DNA of 64,000 nt from Raillietiella orientalis (lineage: Eukaryota). The stretch covers positions 806,001 through 870,000 of the forward strand of contig JAYWIR010000035.1 in the NCBI GenBank assembly GCA_036172245.1. The letters run 5' to 3'. Shown one piece after another: positions 13,401 through 26,300 of this stretch. The stretch's first letter is position 1; each line of letters begins with the position of its first letter. The notes under the pieces were generated by a model. The model was not told the DNA's origin, searched no databases, and saw nothing but the letters and a program-made list of their open reading frames with translations. The position numbers and the translations under genes were made by a program.

Positions 13401-14842
13401 AATAATTCAGGCGCCGCTTATGTTTCAAAAGAAATCCAAGGAGCATAGCTTTATTCCCTCTTCCTCCTCCTCAAAGATTTTTGTATCATGCTGGCTGTTT
13501 CCCACTTGTGCCATCCTCCAACCTTTTTGTGGAAACTTTCCCGAGATCGTCCGAATCACCTAAGTGCAGTCCCCAATTTCTTTCAGTGAAAATAAATAAG
13601 AAGCCGGTGACTCCGACGGTGAGTCGGTGAAAGTTTTCCGGTAATTGGCAGGGCACTCTATTGTACTATCGATCGGTTAATCTGTAAATTCCGTGGCATT
13701 CAAAGGTATCGTTTCTCACGAATTTGTCTTACTCTTAATGGACGGCATCTTTTTTTGGACTGCACCTGGAAACGTCTCATCGAAAATAATAAAACCCAAA
13801 GGACGTCCAAAATCACTTCATCAGCTGTGTTTCACAATTCATCTCTTCAGCGTTCGTTGATGTGCATATTCTTTGTGCAGCTACGTACAAGCGCTGATTT
13901 AGCTTACTAATGTAGGCGTGACTTGAGGCAATGTAGCAACACGAAACGTGTTTATTTACGTTTGGACGTGACACGCGCCTTGACCAGTCAGAGCGAACGC
14001 TTCCTGGAGTCGCGTATAGATGCCAGCACCCTCGCCAACTCTTAGGAAACAAGGTTCTGCTTTTCTGGGCGCGTTCTCTGCCCACCCACACAATCGCTGC
14101 GGAGGCTGTCCGCAGATCGTGGATGCGTGGCTCACGGCTCCGTTGTTGCGCGCTATCGGGGACCTTGCTTTCCTCTGGCAGATGGACCGTGCACATCTTG
14201 GAAAAGCTCAAGAGTGAATCCTACTGGCACAGTTTCGTGTGTTCGCTGACCAGCGAGCTTCGACCACCCTTCAAAAACGCCCCGGCGTATCCCAGAGATC
14301 ATGGTAAACTCCCCCGCCACGGGATGTGCCCTTCCTCCGCATTTGTGGGTTCGCATGTATTCGTGTGTCTAATTTACGCGTGCTGGAGGCAAAAGAGCAT
14401 GTTATCTCCGACGTGCTTGAGCCACGGAGGAATCCTCGGTCGACGCACGTTTGTGGGGAGAGGAGGGGGGGGGGAGAGAACCTGACCTGCGGTTCGGGGG
14501 ACGCCGCCTTTTTCATATGCAGGGACCGTCGCCCCCATCGCGCGTGCTCCGGATCGTACCGGCTTCGGTGCGTGGCGCGAGTTCATCGGCCCGGCGGACG
14601 CGTCATTCCCGCTTGGGCGCGCGCGCGCCTGCCGACGTTCTTTTTCTTCGTGCCCGGCGCGGCCTACCTGCGCTGCACGGTGACGTGCACACGCACGTCA
14701 CCGGGGAAAAATAACGAATTTGAGAACCTTGGCCAGCTGTCACTTTGCGTGACGGGGGGAGGAACCTACTTCTCTTCTTCGGGAGCGAACCAGGAAATCC
14801 GCTGCCGTTTTCTCCCGAGTTTGGCCGCCCGCGGCCAAACCC

Positions 14843-14859
14843 CGCGCGCGCGCGCGCGC
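14843..14859. repeat. (CG)8 alternating tract
   Basis: cgcgcgcgcgcgcgcgc; a shorter (GC)n tract lies at ~14617-14628. Confidence 0.9.
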
Positions 14860-17800
14860 CCGGACACGCGCAACCTGCGATCCTTTTTCTTTTCGCTTTT
14901 GTCCTCGGGACGGACGTCCGCCTCCCTGTTTTGTCTGCGGTTTGCCCGCGTCGTGCCCGGAAGAGCGGGGGACGTGCTTGCGATCAGTCGCGTCCCCACC
15001 CGTTCGGGGACATCGATGAGGGTGCTCCGAACTCGCCGAGAGAGGGCGTCTTAAGCCCGCGTACAACCCGCGGCTGCACCGGAACGAGCGAGGCGGTAGG
15101 CGTGGTGCGTCAACCCTCGCGCCCGCATTCTTTCGCGCCCTGGGGAATACCAAGGAGAGTCGCATCCTTCGGCGGACCCACGCGGGGAACAGCAAGTGCA
15201 CCACGCTGCCGCCGCGGGCCGGGCTCTAGAGGAGCGGCGCTTCCGTCGCCGCCGGAAGTCGGATTTATGGGAAGGCAGACGGAGAGAGCGACTCTGCCCC
15301 CTTTCGAAAACCTCGCAGGCCTCTGAGATCACTCCGCAAGCTGCCCTCTGAGCCGCGTGGCGCGAGTGGTCGGTGGATCGCTGCTGCCGCGACGAGCTGC
15401 TGCAGGGGGCTGCGTGCCCGGCGAATGCAGCCCCCTTCGATCCGTACACCCGAGAGCAGGGAGGTGGGGGCGGGGAGGACAGTTCTCCCGGTGGTCCCGG
15501 TAGTGGTCGGATCGTGCTACAGAGGGCAGCAGGGAAATCCGTCCCCCAAGGGTTCCGTGCAGTTCCTGGCTCTGGAGGCGATCGGAAGAGTCTCTGGGCG
15601 ATGGCCTCCGATTTGCGTGACGTCGACTCGGTGGCTTGCAAGATGGCTCGCGGTTTGGCATTAAGCAGCGATTACGGCAGGATCGCCTTAAAAAGATGTA
15701 CGCGCTGGATCAGCTTGATCGCCGCAGACCGTAATGCGTGTCAAAGAGTGGGCGCTTTTCTCACGAGCCGCAGCGAGCCTGCTGTTTATTTATTTTTTTT
15801 TTCCCCGAAAAGAGACGATTGCATGCGCGCATACGAGCACCCCCTTTGATTTGCCCCACCACCTGCAGCACCAGAAACGCTCATCTTCTCTCAGCTGGTG
15901 CCAGGCGAAAGCCGGCACGCTTTTGAATGAGCCATCGTCACCGGGCCACCTGCCCTCGCTTCCCGGGAAGTCGGACGTGCAGGCACGCGCATCTACCGAG
16001 CTCTCCGGAGGTTTCTTCGACTATCAGAAGAGGTTCCTCCCGCGAAGCGGTGGGAGACCCTGCAATCAACGGCTCCGTTTTCCGCTGAGGCGGCCCGGCG
16101 GCGGATTCGCCTCCCTTTGGCGGGTTCGGCCCCACCGCAAGCCCCAGCGTTTCGGAGGCAGGGGATTCCGCTTTCGCACGCTTGAAGCAGAAATTCCAAG
16201 GCAAGAATGAAAGGAAAAATCAAGTCCCGATGATCTCGAAATCGGATTTGCCCCACGGTTCCCCGTGGAGCAAGCACGCAGGCAGGGGAAGTGTTTCGTC
16301 GGAGTGCAGCGTGCAGCTCGGAAACCACGTGGCAGGAGATGAGGGTCTTTTCCTGTTTGCTTGCTTGTCTGTTTTTTTTTGTTTTGTTTTTGCTTTGGCA
16401 TTCCTGGAATGGTTTTCTGCTGATGCCGGACGCCGGTGTTTGTTTTGTTCCCATGCCGTCGCTTCGCTGCTGCTGCTGTTGCGTGCAGGCGACACGCGAG
16501 AGCGTCAGCAGGGAGGCTGCCGCATCACGTTGCGAGCGTTCGGGACGGCACAACAGCAGCACCTCTACGCTGGTGCGGCCATCATCGGAACCACATCCTA
16601 CGTGAGGGCGACGGAGGCGGTAGCTTGGAGGATGCACCCGTCGTCTGAGCAGAGCGAGTGCGCACGCGCAGCATATCGTGGTACTCAAGGCCTTTTTCGA
16701 AAAAATAAAAATCTTCAAGCCGCCAGCAAAATGGATCACCGTTAGCCGATGGCATGCACAGCAAGACCGGAAGTCAGGGAAATCCGTAGCCAGCTCCCGG
16801 TTCCTCGACTCTGTCTTCCCCTGCGACTCTGGTCGAAGTTTCCGGTCCTTCGCGACTGCCCGAAGGTTCTCACGCCGTGGTATTCATGGCTACCAGGATA
16901 ACGTCGCCCGCGAAAGACGACGATGAGTGTCCGTGACGCGCCGTGGACTTCCAACCCGGGCAGCCAGCAGCCGACCGTTCTGGCGGAGGAGGAGGAGTGC
17001 AGGACTTATGTAGGACTGATGTAGGATGTTGGATAGTCCGTAGATCGGGCTGTGCTCCGATTGGATCTCGCGTGACATCAGAGGTAGAAGCGAGGACCGT
17101 GGATTGCAGACGAGCTGGAGCTGGTCGATCGCAAAGACTTCGCGAAATTGCGGGCGTGGCGAATAGCAGACGAGTCTGCTCGCACGTAATCCCTCATAAC
17201 CAGGCTAGCCTGCAAACACCATCTTTCTGGTGCTGCTGTTGTCGTTGCGAGGCAACTCGCGACAACAGAAGCAGCAGGTCCCAGCGCTGCTGCCCGCTGC
17301 CATCGCACCTATCTCGTTGGCTTCTGCCCGTCCGGGTGCCTCGAGTTGTCCGTTTCATTTTGGATACTCTCGAAAGCAGTTTCTTCGTCAGCACTCGGGC
17401 GGAACGAAACAGCAGACCTTCGTAGATGACAGAAGCAGAGAAGAGTTTCCGGATCGACGGGCAAGAAAAATCCGGACATGAAGGATGCAGGAGGATCGCG
17501 GTGGTAAGGATAGAGGCGGATGCGAACGACAACGGGTCGAGGACGGATCGCGAGCCTTTTCGATCGATCTCGCCTCCTCCAGCCAGGTGAAGGAAAAAAA
17601 TAAAAATAAAAAAATGGTCATGGCGGCACGAATTCTCGGGATGCGACTTTTTGTGGGAGGAACTTTGTTTCCAGAAGTCAGCCGGCATCCTTTGTTTCCC
17701 GTGCTTTCTTACCCTTCCCCCTTCCCAGCTATCTGCGAGCATTCTTCCATAAAGCAGCATTTATTTGGAAGCTGAGCGGACATGCTGGCTCAGGGAAAAG

Positions 17801-20800
17801 AAGTTATGTTTCCTGTATCAGAAGTAGAACCACGATTCGGCTGGAGGAGACCAAACGGCACAAGAAAAAAGAGTCGCTTGCAACAGCATGGCAATTATTC
17901 ATGATCAGCAGTTAGTTGTTGGCCTGAGAGCAAACCTAACGATGAGAAGTTCCAGGACCGTGCATCTGATGGCGGCAAATAGCCCTCGGGATTTATGAGA
18001 AGCGCCGCTCAGCAATTGGAGGGCGAATGACGCGAAAATGGAGGATTTAACAGGGATGGAATCGAATGCACTCACTGTCTGAGGTGGAGTTTAAGACTTG
18101 GCAATCCTGACGTCGCACGGCCGTCCAATCCGAAACCAGCGTCCTCCGTTTCGTCGGAAGAACCACAACGGGCAGGCATTTTCCCGGAAGAACCGAAACC
18201 ATATTTCCGGTTCCACCTCCGGACACGTAGTCCGAGGAATCAACCGCGTGTGCTTTCCTCGAAAGGGAAAGTCTCGCCTCGCCCCGGAAAGCCGCCCACG
18301 CACCGCTTCGCCTCTTCCGCGATTTCCACCTGGCAAAGTCTCGCGTGCGGCGAGCCATTTGGTTTCCTCAGGAGGCGAAACCGAAAGATGACGGCTGCTG
18401 CGCTGCCCGAGTAATCAGGGGGGCCGCGAGCGTCCCCTGATGTCGGACAGGGGACGGGGCAGGACGAGGGAGGATCGCCTTGCGATGCATGCTGCACACG
18501 AGAACTTTCGCTGCCTGCTCGGCTCAAGCGAGATGCTTCGCCACTCCTTGCCCGTGCGCTCCTTCGGCGTGGGCGTGCGTGCACCTGCCCGCCTTCTCTT
18601 CCCCCGCGTTGCGCGCGCGTCGACGCTTCCGAGTCGATCCTGTCGACTGCCGAGATCCCGAAAGGGACGACGAACTTCACGCACGGAGTGCAGCGTCCAA
18701 CGCCGTGACTCACGTCTCGTATCGCGTGCTCGATAAAGGGGGAGGTAGTGGCTGTTTATTTATCTCTTCTAAAAACAGAACCCTAGCAGGAAGAGTCTCC
18801 AAGAGGATGACTGGTGGCGTTCTATTTATAAGCGCGCGGCGTTAGGGAAATCGGAAGTTCTTTGCGGCAGCCACCAGGACGTGGTTTCCATCCATGTTGG
18901 AGAGGGTCTGCGTAGCCGCAGGTCGCGGTAAATGGCGCTCCCCACGCCGAGGCGAATCAAGCCAATTTCCTGGTTTCTGGAAGGAGAGAGAGAGGGGGGG
19001 GGGGAGGTTCGCGAAGATCATCGCACCGGCTCGCTATCTTCGTGCCTACAGATGCAGAAATCGCGCTCTCTTTACCCGTTTTGTCATTGGGGTGCGATTA
19101 CCCACCGAACCCTGCGTCGAGTTAGGGGGTAGCAGTTGTGTCGGAGTCTCTCTCTCTCTCTCTCTGAGCTACCGGACTGCTCAAGATACAGCCATTATCC
19201 GTCATGCTTTTCGGGTTCTCCTTCCTTCGTTGGTTTCCTCCTTAGGCAGAGTTTTATGACCGAGGTTTTCCGTCTGCCTATTATAAGCCCTTCGACATTT
19301 CCCCTTCTGATTAAACAGAAATTTTATTAGAACCCGTACCTATTTTCAGGACGGTGCCGAAATTTGGTAGGTGCTCAAAGTGCCAGGGTCCAAGGTTTCC
19401 CCGGCAACCTTGGATTTTTTTTTTTTCCCCTTTTCCGCAGGGATGTAACTGATTGAGTAACGTGATAGTCAGAGGTCAGGTGTCTTCTTTGAAATCGAGG
19501 AAGAATTTCCGTTTCTTGGATTTCGAAATTCCATGTTTCCTGAAGCTCCACTCTTTATTCGATCTCCACATTTATCAGGTGCCTGCTCCTTCATCGGATG
19601 AATGCTCGGGAAGAGCCTAATCGACACCTTGGTCCCATCCCCGTTAGTTCGGTTCCACCCTTCCTCTGAAAACAAAATTCCTCGCCACTGGGTCTTCCTT
19701 TTCAACAGATCCACTGGAAATTTGCTCCGAAACTTTGGCAGCCGTGTCACACGGAGGGGAACGCTTCGCCAACGTCCATTCTTTCCAAACAGCATGTTTG
19801 GCATCCTGCCATCTCCTCTCTTCCCGTCCCTTTCTGCATGAGATTTCTTTCGTTTTGGATGTGAGGGATTTTTTTCCTCCTTGATCGCTCCCAAGTCTAT
19901 TTTTGGATTTCTTTTTCTAAATTGAATTATTTCTTGCCCTAGAGCTAATAGTCACTGACATTTGCAGCGTAAAGAAGACTGCACAGCCGAGGGAAAGTCT
20001 CCCCTAAAAGAACCGTCTCAGCTGGATGCTCAATTTCCAAAGATCCTAAACAAACCTAAATCGTTGCACGCCTCCAGAGCTGCGAGTGGCTCGAGATAGG
20101 CGTTTCAGATTACCTGAGATTGTGTGGGACGGCCTTGGGAGAACTTTCTTGTCGCCGAGGCATCACGACAAGGGGGTTGACGCATTCGTAGGCGCATGGA
20201 AGCAGCAGCTCTTGTGCATCACGCCAGCTGTGCCGCTCCGCGCGCGCTCTTCCAAAGACCTGACGAGGGCAGAAGGAGATCCACGAAATTTCGTTTTCCC
20301 AGCAACCTTCGATGCCGCGGCAAAAATGCATCGGTAGCAACGCCTGCCAACCATCCCTCGCACACTGCCTCGTCCAGGAGAGCGATCCATCCACCACGAA
20401 TCGAAGACCGCACCCCCTCCCCCCTCCGTTTGCCCCTAGCACTCGGTGTCTCCTCCGTAAGAGCGGCCACTTTCCTTCCGGGCTTCGCGCTCGCACTCGT
20501 TGGCTAATCCTGGGGTGAAAGGTTCGCAGCGTTTTCTTGTGAGGCCCGGGAGAATTTTCTGGAACTCGCCCCCTCGCTACGAAACTGGCCGAGGTGCAAA
20601 TCCATTAACTGACACGCTTGGAAGTAAATAAAAATCAACATTATTTTGTTTACTTAGTTTTATGCGTGTCCATTACCGTAAACACATAATGGCATGCGAT
20701 ACATTTACGTCAACTTTTTCGTAATCGTTTATTAAAATATTCCACAATCTTGAAAGGGGGAAGAACCTTTTATAACTAGGCAATATAAATAATCTATTTA

Positions 20801-23294
20801 ACCCCTACTTGGGAAATAAGAGCAGCAAGATTCAATAAGTCTGAAAATTCGTTGCAACTGAGAAGTGGTCACTGGTTTTATTCGGAATGATAATATTTTC
20901 GATTTGTCTTTACGACTGTGTTGCTCCATGTTTTGCTGTGCAGCAAGGTGCTTGTTTTTCCATCTCTTCTGTTTGACCCTGACAATTCGAGTACGATGAC
21001 TCACTAGGTAGTCTTTCCGGAAAAATCGAAAAAGTGCGGTCATAAGAAAGCAAATGAGTAAAAATTCAGAAAATTTTACGCATTAAGAAATCCTCATTCC
21101 TTATGCATGGGCCTGCAGCACATGTCTTAAACAGGAACACGGGGTCCATTGTGACGAAAATATTCCTCACTACTCGGCCTAAAGATTAATGGGGTTTATG
21201 TTCGCCATTCGAACGTGCAGAGGCGAATTTGCAAGTGGATGCTGGTGAAGATGCTCCGGCTGAAGAGCAATGGTTTCACAAGTGTGGAAGTCGAAGCTTC
21301 AGAAAGACTAGCAACGATCCCTTGCGATGGCGGAGGACGAAGGTTGGAAGAAATCAACTGGTTTTGGATTTCGTTCGTTGAAGACGGAACAAAGCTTCGG
21401 AAAACACGAACGTCAGCTGTAGGCGGTCCAGCGTTGCTTCCTGAGCATTCTTCGGGTTAACTTCTGAAATGTTCTGAGGGTCTTTATTCCAAATGGGACT
21501 CACTACCGAAGAATCGAAGACTTTTCCATTCCTTGGGAAATGATGCGACTACCGGCGTATCTTAGGGAGGTTGGTGGCAGTCCTGAAGCACTGGAGATCG
21601 GGGAGAGCTTACCCTGAACCGAGGAGGAAATCGCACTGTGCATCTGGCACGAGATGAGCACCTGCAATCCAGTCCTCAAAGCGCACCAGGATCTGTCCTA
21701 TGCGGATAAGAACTCTCCTGTTATTTTTCCATTTTAGTCTCATCACATCAGGTTTTTGATTGCCCCAGCGAGCAAATCGAAAAGATCCGAAGCGCCTCTT
21801 GCGGGAGAGAAGGCTCGTCACCGAGACTGCACAAAGAATTTTCCGAAATGGTGTCGTGTTGATGAAAGCAGGATGATGCATAAGAGCGCCAAGTGACAGC
21901 ATGAGTGTATAGCCAGAAGGTAGAGTTCTGCAGACATCTCACTTGAGCAAGCACGAGCTCGTGCGCAGCAGACAAGCAAGAAACTGTCGAGGGCATTTTT
22001 GCTTTCTTGCAACGCTCTAGGAATCGTGTCCTTCATAGAATTCGAAGGTACTACATCCCTTCATAGTTTGGTGGACTTTGAGGAGAAGGAAGAGAAGGAT
22101 GAGCAGAGCGGACCTCCGGGAATAGATCATCGCCAAAACAGACCGAGACAAAATACACACACACATGTTACTCCAATGCGTCTTGTGCAGGAAACTCCAA
22201 TGATGAACTCGGTGCCGCCGAAGAGTCCTTTCCCGGATCTGCGTGCAAACATAAAGCGCGACCACTTTGCATTCGAAAGGCAGAAGGAGATTCACGAAAA
22301 GATTACATGGAGGTAAGCGCGTCAGGGAGGATGGCACAACCGCGTACTGACCAAGTTCCTTCCGAGTCCACCATCGCTCTTTCAAGTAGCTTCCAGAAGT
22401 TTTGGATCGACTTCGATATGTTGCCGCGGGAAATGAGGTATCTTTCAGGGAAGAGAGTGGCTGGCAATCACAGGGAAATCTAAGTCATCCGTTACGTAGT
22501 TTCTCAACTCTTCCTTTCAGAAATATGCTGCACCACTTTTCCCTACCGTGACCTCTATTTGCGTGTGGCGCTTCTCGCAATTACCTGGCATCCCTCAGAT
22601 GACGGCAATAAAGCATTGAAGGATTGCATTTTTCGGATTCCAGATATTCGATGTAGTTTTCGACTGATCAAGTTAATATGGAGAAGAAATGAGGACGGAG
22701 CTGGAAGTGCCAGGGAAAAGCTCCAACGACTCGATGGCTCTGCCTTTGGCGTCCGGTGTTTGCGGAGCATATCGATCTGAACTTGGTCTTTTTGTTCCCT
22801 TCAGATTTCAGCTGCATGATCATGCACCATTTTGAGATTACGACCGCCATGCTCCAAGGACATGCAGCCGGAGGTGCCTAGGGGGATTTCACAGAAGAAA
22901 GCTGCATGAAGGAGAGAGGAGATTCGAAGCAGTGGGACATTGTAGAAAGGGAGCATAGAGAAACATCGAGAGCCCATTAAGAATATCCGCTGCTACAGAA
23001 TGTTCCATTTTTTTCCAGCTTCCGCATCCTGTTTTCTGTTGTACCAGATGCGGGAAAGATGCAGGAAGCATTCATCCAAACGACATGTGACAGAAACTGA
23101 TGGCACCATGAAACGGGAACGGAACAGATGGGAGTGCCAGAAGGTTCAAGGACCAAACGAGATTCCTCGGGCCTTTCCAATCTTGTCTTAGGTTCCCCCT
23201 ATGGTGAGCTCGGGCCTGAAGACTAACACCTGAACGCTGGTTGCCGCAAACGGAACCGAAGTGAACGAAGCGAAGCTGGGAAGGAAAGACCCGA

Positions 23295-23316
23295 GGGGTG
23301 GGGTGGGGGTGGGGGG
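23295..23316 (+). other. Canonical G-quadruplex motif G4-T-G4-T-G5-T-G6
   Basis: GGGGTGGGGTGGGGGTGGGGGG: four G-runs of at least 4 with 1-nt loops. Confidence 0.8.
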
Positions 23317-26300
23317 AATGTTTCCCGTATTCTAGAGATCTCTAGAGAAATTGGATGCTTATCGGCTCACACGGAGCCGCCTTTGAAGATTCCTGTCGTC
23401 GTGATCCCTGAGACGCTTGACTACGACGGAAGATTTGTCCGACCGCGGGATTCTGCGAACGTTCCACGGGACTTCCTGAATCGAATCTGGGAACAGGAGC
23501 GGGAGCCGCGCACGCGGGGGAGGAGGGGAAAGGGACCTCCATCCAACATTCGGGAGCCGCCTCGCGGGTTTTGGAAGGGCGGGAGAGCTTCCCGAATGCG
23601 CCAAAGGTGCGGCTGACACAGCGTAGGACCCGGAGGCTGATCGCTCGCTCGAGATGGGAAGCCGAGGCTGCCAGCGAAATCTCTTCCAGAGTCCCGGAGA
23701 GGAAGGCGGATGCCGGAGGAGATGATCGTTTGATGCTCGGGAGACGGGTGGAAGGATGTCTCCCGGCTCTACAGCGGCGGCAGCGGTGCTGAAAAGGGCA
23801 TCAGGCCCTCCAAGAGCTCCATGGTGCCCGCACCGGGGAAAGAAAGCGAAAAGGAGGGGTGAAGGGGGGGGACGGTCCTCAGATGACAGCCAAGGACCTT
23901 ACACGCGCCCGGGATTGTTGGGGAAGTCCTTCGGCCTTCTCGCACCCGGCCTATCTCTTGCAATCCATCTCCCGAATCGTCTCACACCAGAATCTACGAT
24001 CCTTGGCGGCTCGGTCTGGAATCCTACGCGCTCTTCCTTCTTAGAGGCGATGGCGGTCAAGGGTACAGGCTTGGAGGCAGGGCGGAGAGCAAGCGAAGTT
24101 GCGGTTCAGCCCGAAAGGGAAGACCGCTGTGGTTCCGCAGCCCCTGAGATTCGATCAGAGTTGTTATCCGCATTGCTGCAGATGTTGCGCGCAACCGAGA
24201 GAGGCCGGATGCGCCTCGGAAGAAGGAGCGGTCGGCGCTGCCCCACGATATCGACGGCCCCGAGCTTCTCCCTGCCTCCGATTCGCACTCTGGATGCAAT
24301 ACGGCCTGGTGCACGGGAGGCGTGGTGGGCCTTGGCCTCCCGCCGAACCCTCTTCGAAGGCTCCGAGGGAGGGATTCGCCGTCCCCAATGATTTCATTGG
24401 TTGATCGGATGTGATGTGGGAAAGGGGGAGAGACCTACTCTTTCTGGTCTGGTCCTCAGACCGAATCTAGGGACGAAGTGACCGCTCCCTCGGCAACCAC
24501 TTTTCCTTCCGATTAGACACTTCCTTGAAAGGAAGAAACACCCACTCATAAGAAGGGTCACGATAGTTCCGAGGATGCGAATCTCTCCAGCAGATGGAAC
24601 GCTGATTCGGAATTCCGGTCAGCATCCTAGTCCGTACGATTCTTTCGGATGGTATTGCAAATCACCGGACTGCTCACGTCGACTATCAGTCGTAATTGCG
24701 AGTCTTCACCTCCGCCTTCGCAGATGATACGGAGGAGAGCGCCCCTCCACGGACGCTCTCCCTCTCCTCGAGGACTCGGTGCGTTTTCTTGTTGCCCGGC
24801 GGAACGCACCGGCGTTTTCCTTTCCTTTTCTTTTCTGTCGCTGTGGTTTGCGATCTCCGCTGGAGCCGTCGGGTTTCCTTCGAGTTCTTTCGCCATGCCT
24901 CCTTCCCTTGAGCGCGGGTTGCCGACGGACACGCCGCGCTCTGCCACGGAACGTCTGCGTGAGTGTCGACGGAACGCTCGCTCTGTCCGCAAGCTTTCAC
25001 AAGGGAACCCCACGGAAAACTCGACGTCTACTCTTGGGATGACCCTGGCAACTCGGCGAGGGAGGGAACGAGAAGGGTCGAGATGAACTGGGAAGCGAAA
25101 CGAGAAGCAAAATTTCCTCGGAAACGTCGCTGCTAGAGCGGTTTATGCATATGCGGCGCGGTTCGGCGAGGTCTAATGAGCACGCCCTTAATGGATCCGG
25201 TTGCTATGGCAGCTTCGAGACAGCTGCACTATCGCGGCTGGGTTGCTTCTGCTTTTATCATCGGGGAATCGGCGAAAGTTACTTCACGGGGAGGCCTGCT
25301 TGCACCTGACCAGATAAAGGCCGCCCTCCCCACGGGGAGTTGTCGGACCCATTCGCCGCCCCGCCGCCGCTGCATCCCTCGCGCGCTCGCCTCTGCTGCC
25401 AGAAATCGCGCAGAATCCATCCGCGCGGGCGTCTGCTCGCCCAAGCAACCGCCACCGGCCGACCTTCGGGGTCGATCGACGACGAGGAGCGAGCGCGTTC
25501 GCTTCACGGTGGCAGACGCGATGGAGCTGCCAGCGAAAAGCGACGAGACTCCCGGAATAGCGATGGAGTTAGCAGTTTTTTGTTTGTTCCTTCTAGGATG
25601 ACGTCACCGAAGTTTGATACGCCGCCATAGGAGAGCTATTGAAAAGGAAATCACAGTTGCAAGTTCAAGGCCGCAGGTTTATTGGTTGTCACCGCAAAAC
25701 GGAATACCACGTGATCACGACAACGGGCGATGTCATCCCGCAGCGACGGCGCTCCGGGTCCCCGCTACCCCTGCTTGAGACAACGACCCCTGGTTGCCTC
25801 GATTGCGGAAACCCGATATCCGGAAGTCTTTCCTGCAGACAGACTTCCGGAACACCGCGCAGATATACAACTCCAGCATCCTTTCGATTTTCGGGAGAGT
25901 GGAGCAGGACGCTCGGTTTCCCTGTGGCTCGAGACTGATGCCCCGAACCGGCCAGCGAAGACGTGGAAGTCGACGGCGGCGATCCGGAGAAGGACGAGGG
26001 AAGGGCCTGAGCCCTCGAGGACAGGAAGAGATCATGGGGAGGGGAGCGAGAGAGCGGTGTGACGGCGAATTGGCCCTCGCAGCAGCAGCAGCGGCCCACA
26101 CCCCGGGAACTGGCCTGTCTGCGGATGCAAGCAACCGGTTCTCTCGGCGCCTTCCTGCCACCGGATCCTGCTCACCCCTCCACTTGGGAAGATCCCAAGG
26201 GAAGTAGGGACGCTGATTCCCACTTCCCGTTTCTCCTGCCGGGAACTCATCCTCACCCCTTTTTCCGAACAGGGGGGCAGAGCTCGCCAAATGCCCTGGG

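Noticed and set aside
19389..19426. 9-bp stem-loop followed by a T-run, resembling a bacterial intrinsic terminator
   Set aside because: Eukaryotic context, no upstream gene or Pol III A/B boxes recognised, and T-runs are common here.
21503..21530. Minus-strand NGKVFDSS, resembling an FKBP motif
   Set aside because: Preceded by an in-frame stop, and no other FKBP motifs in adjacent candidate exons.
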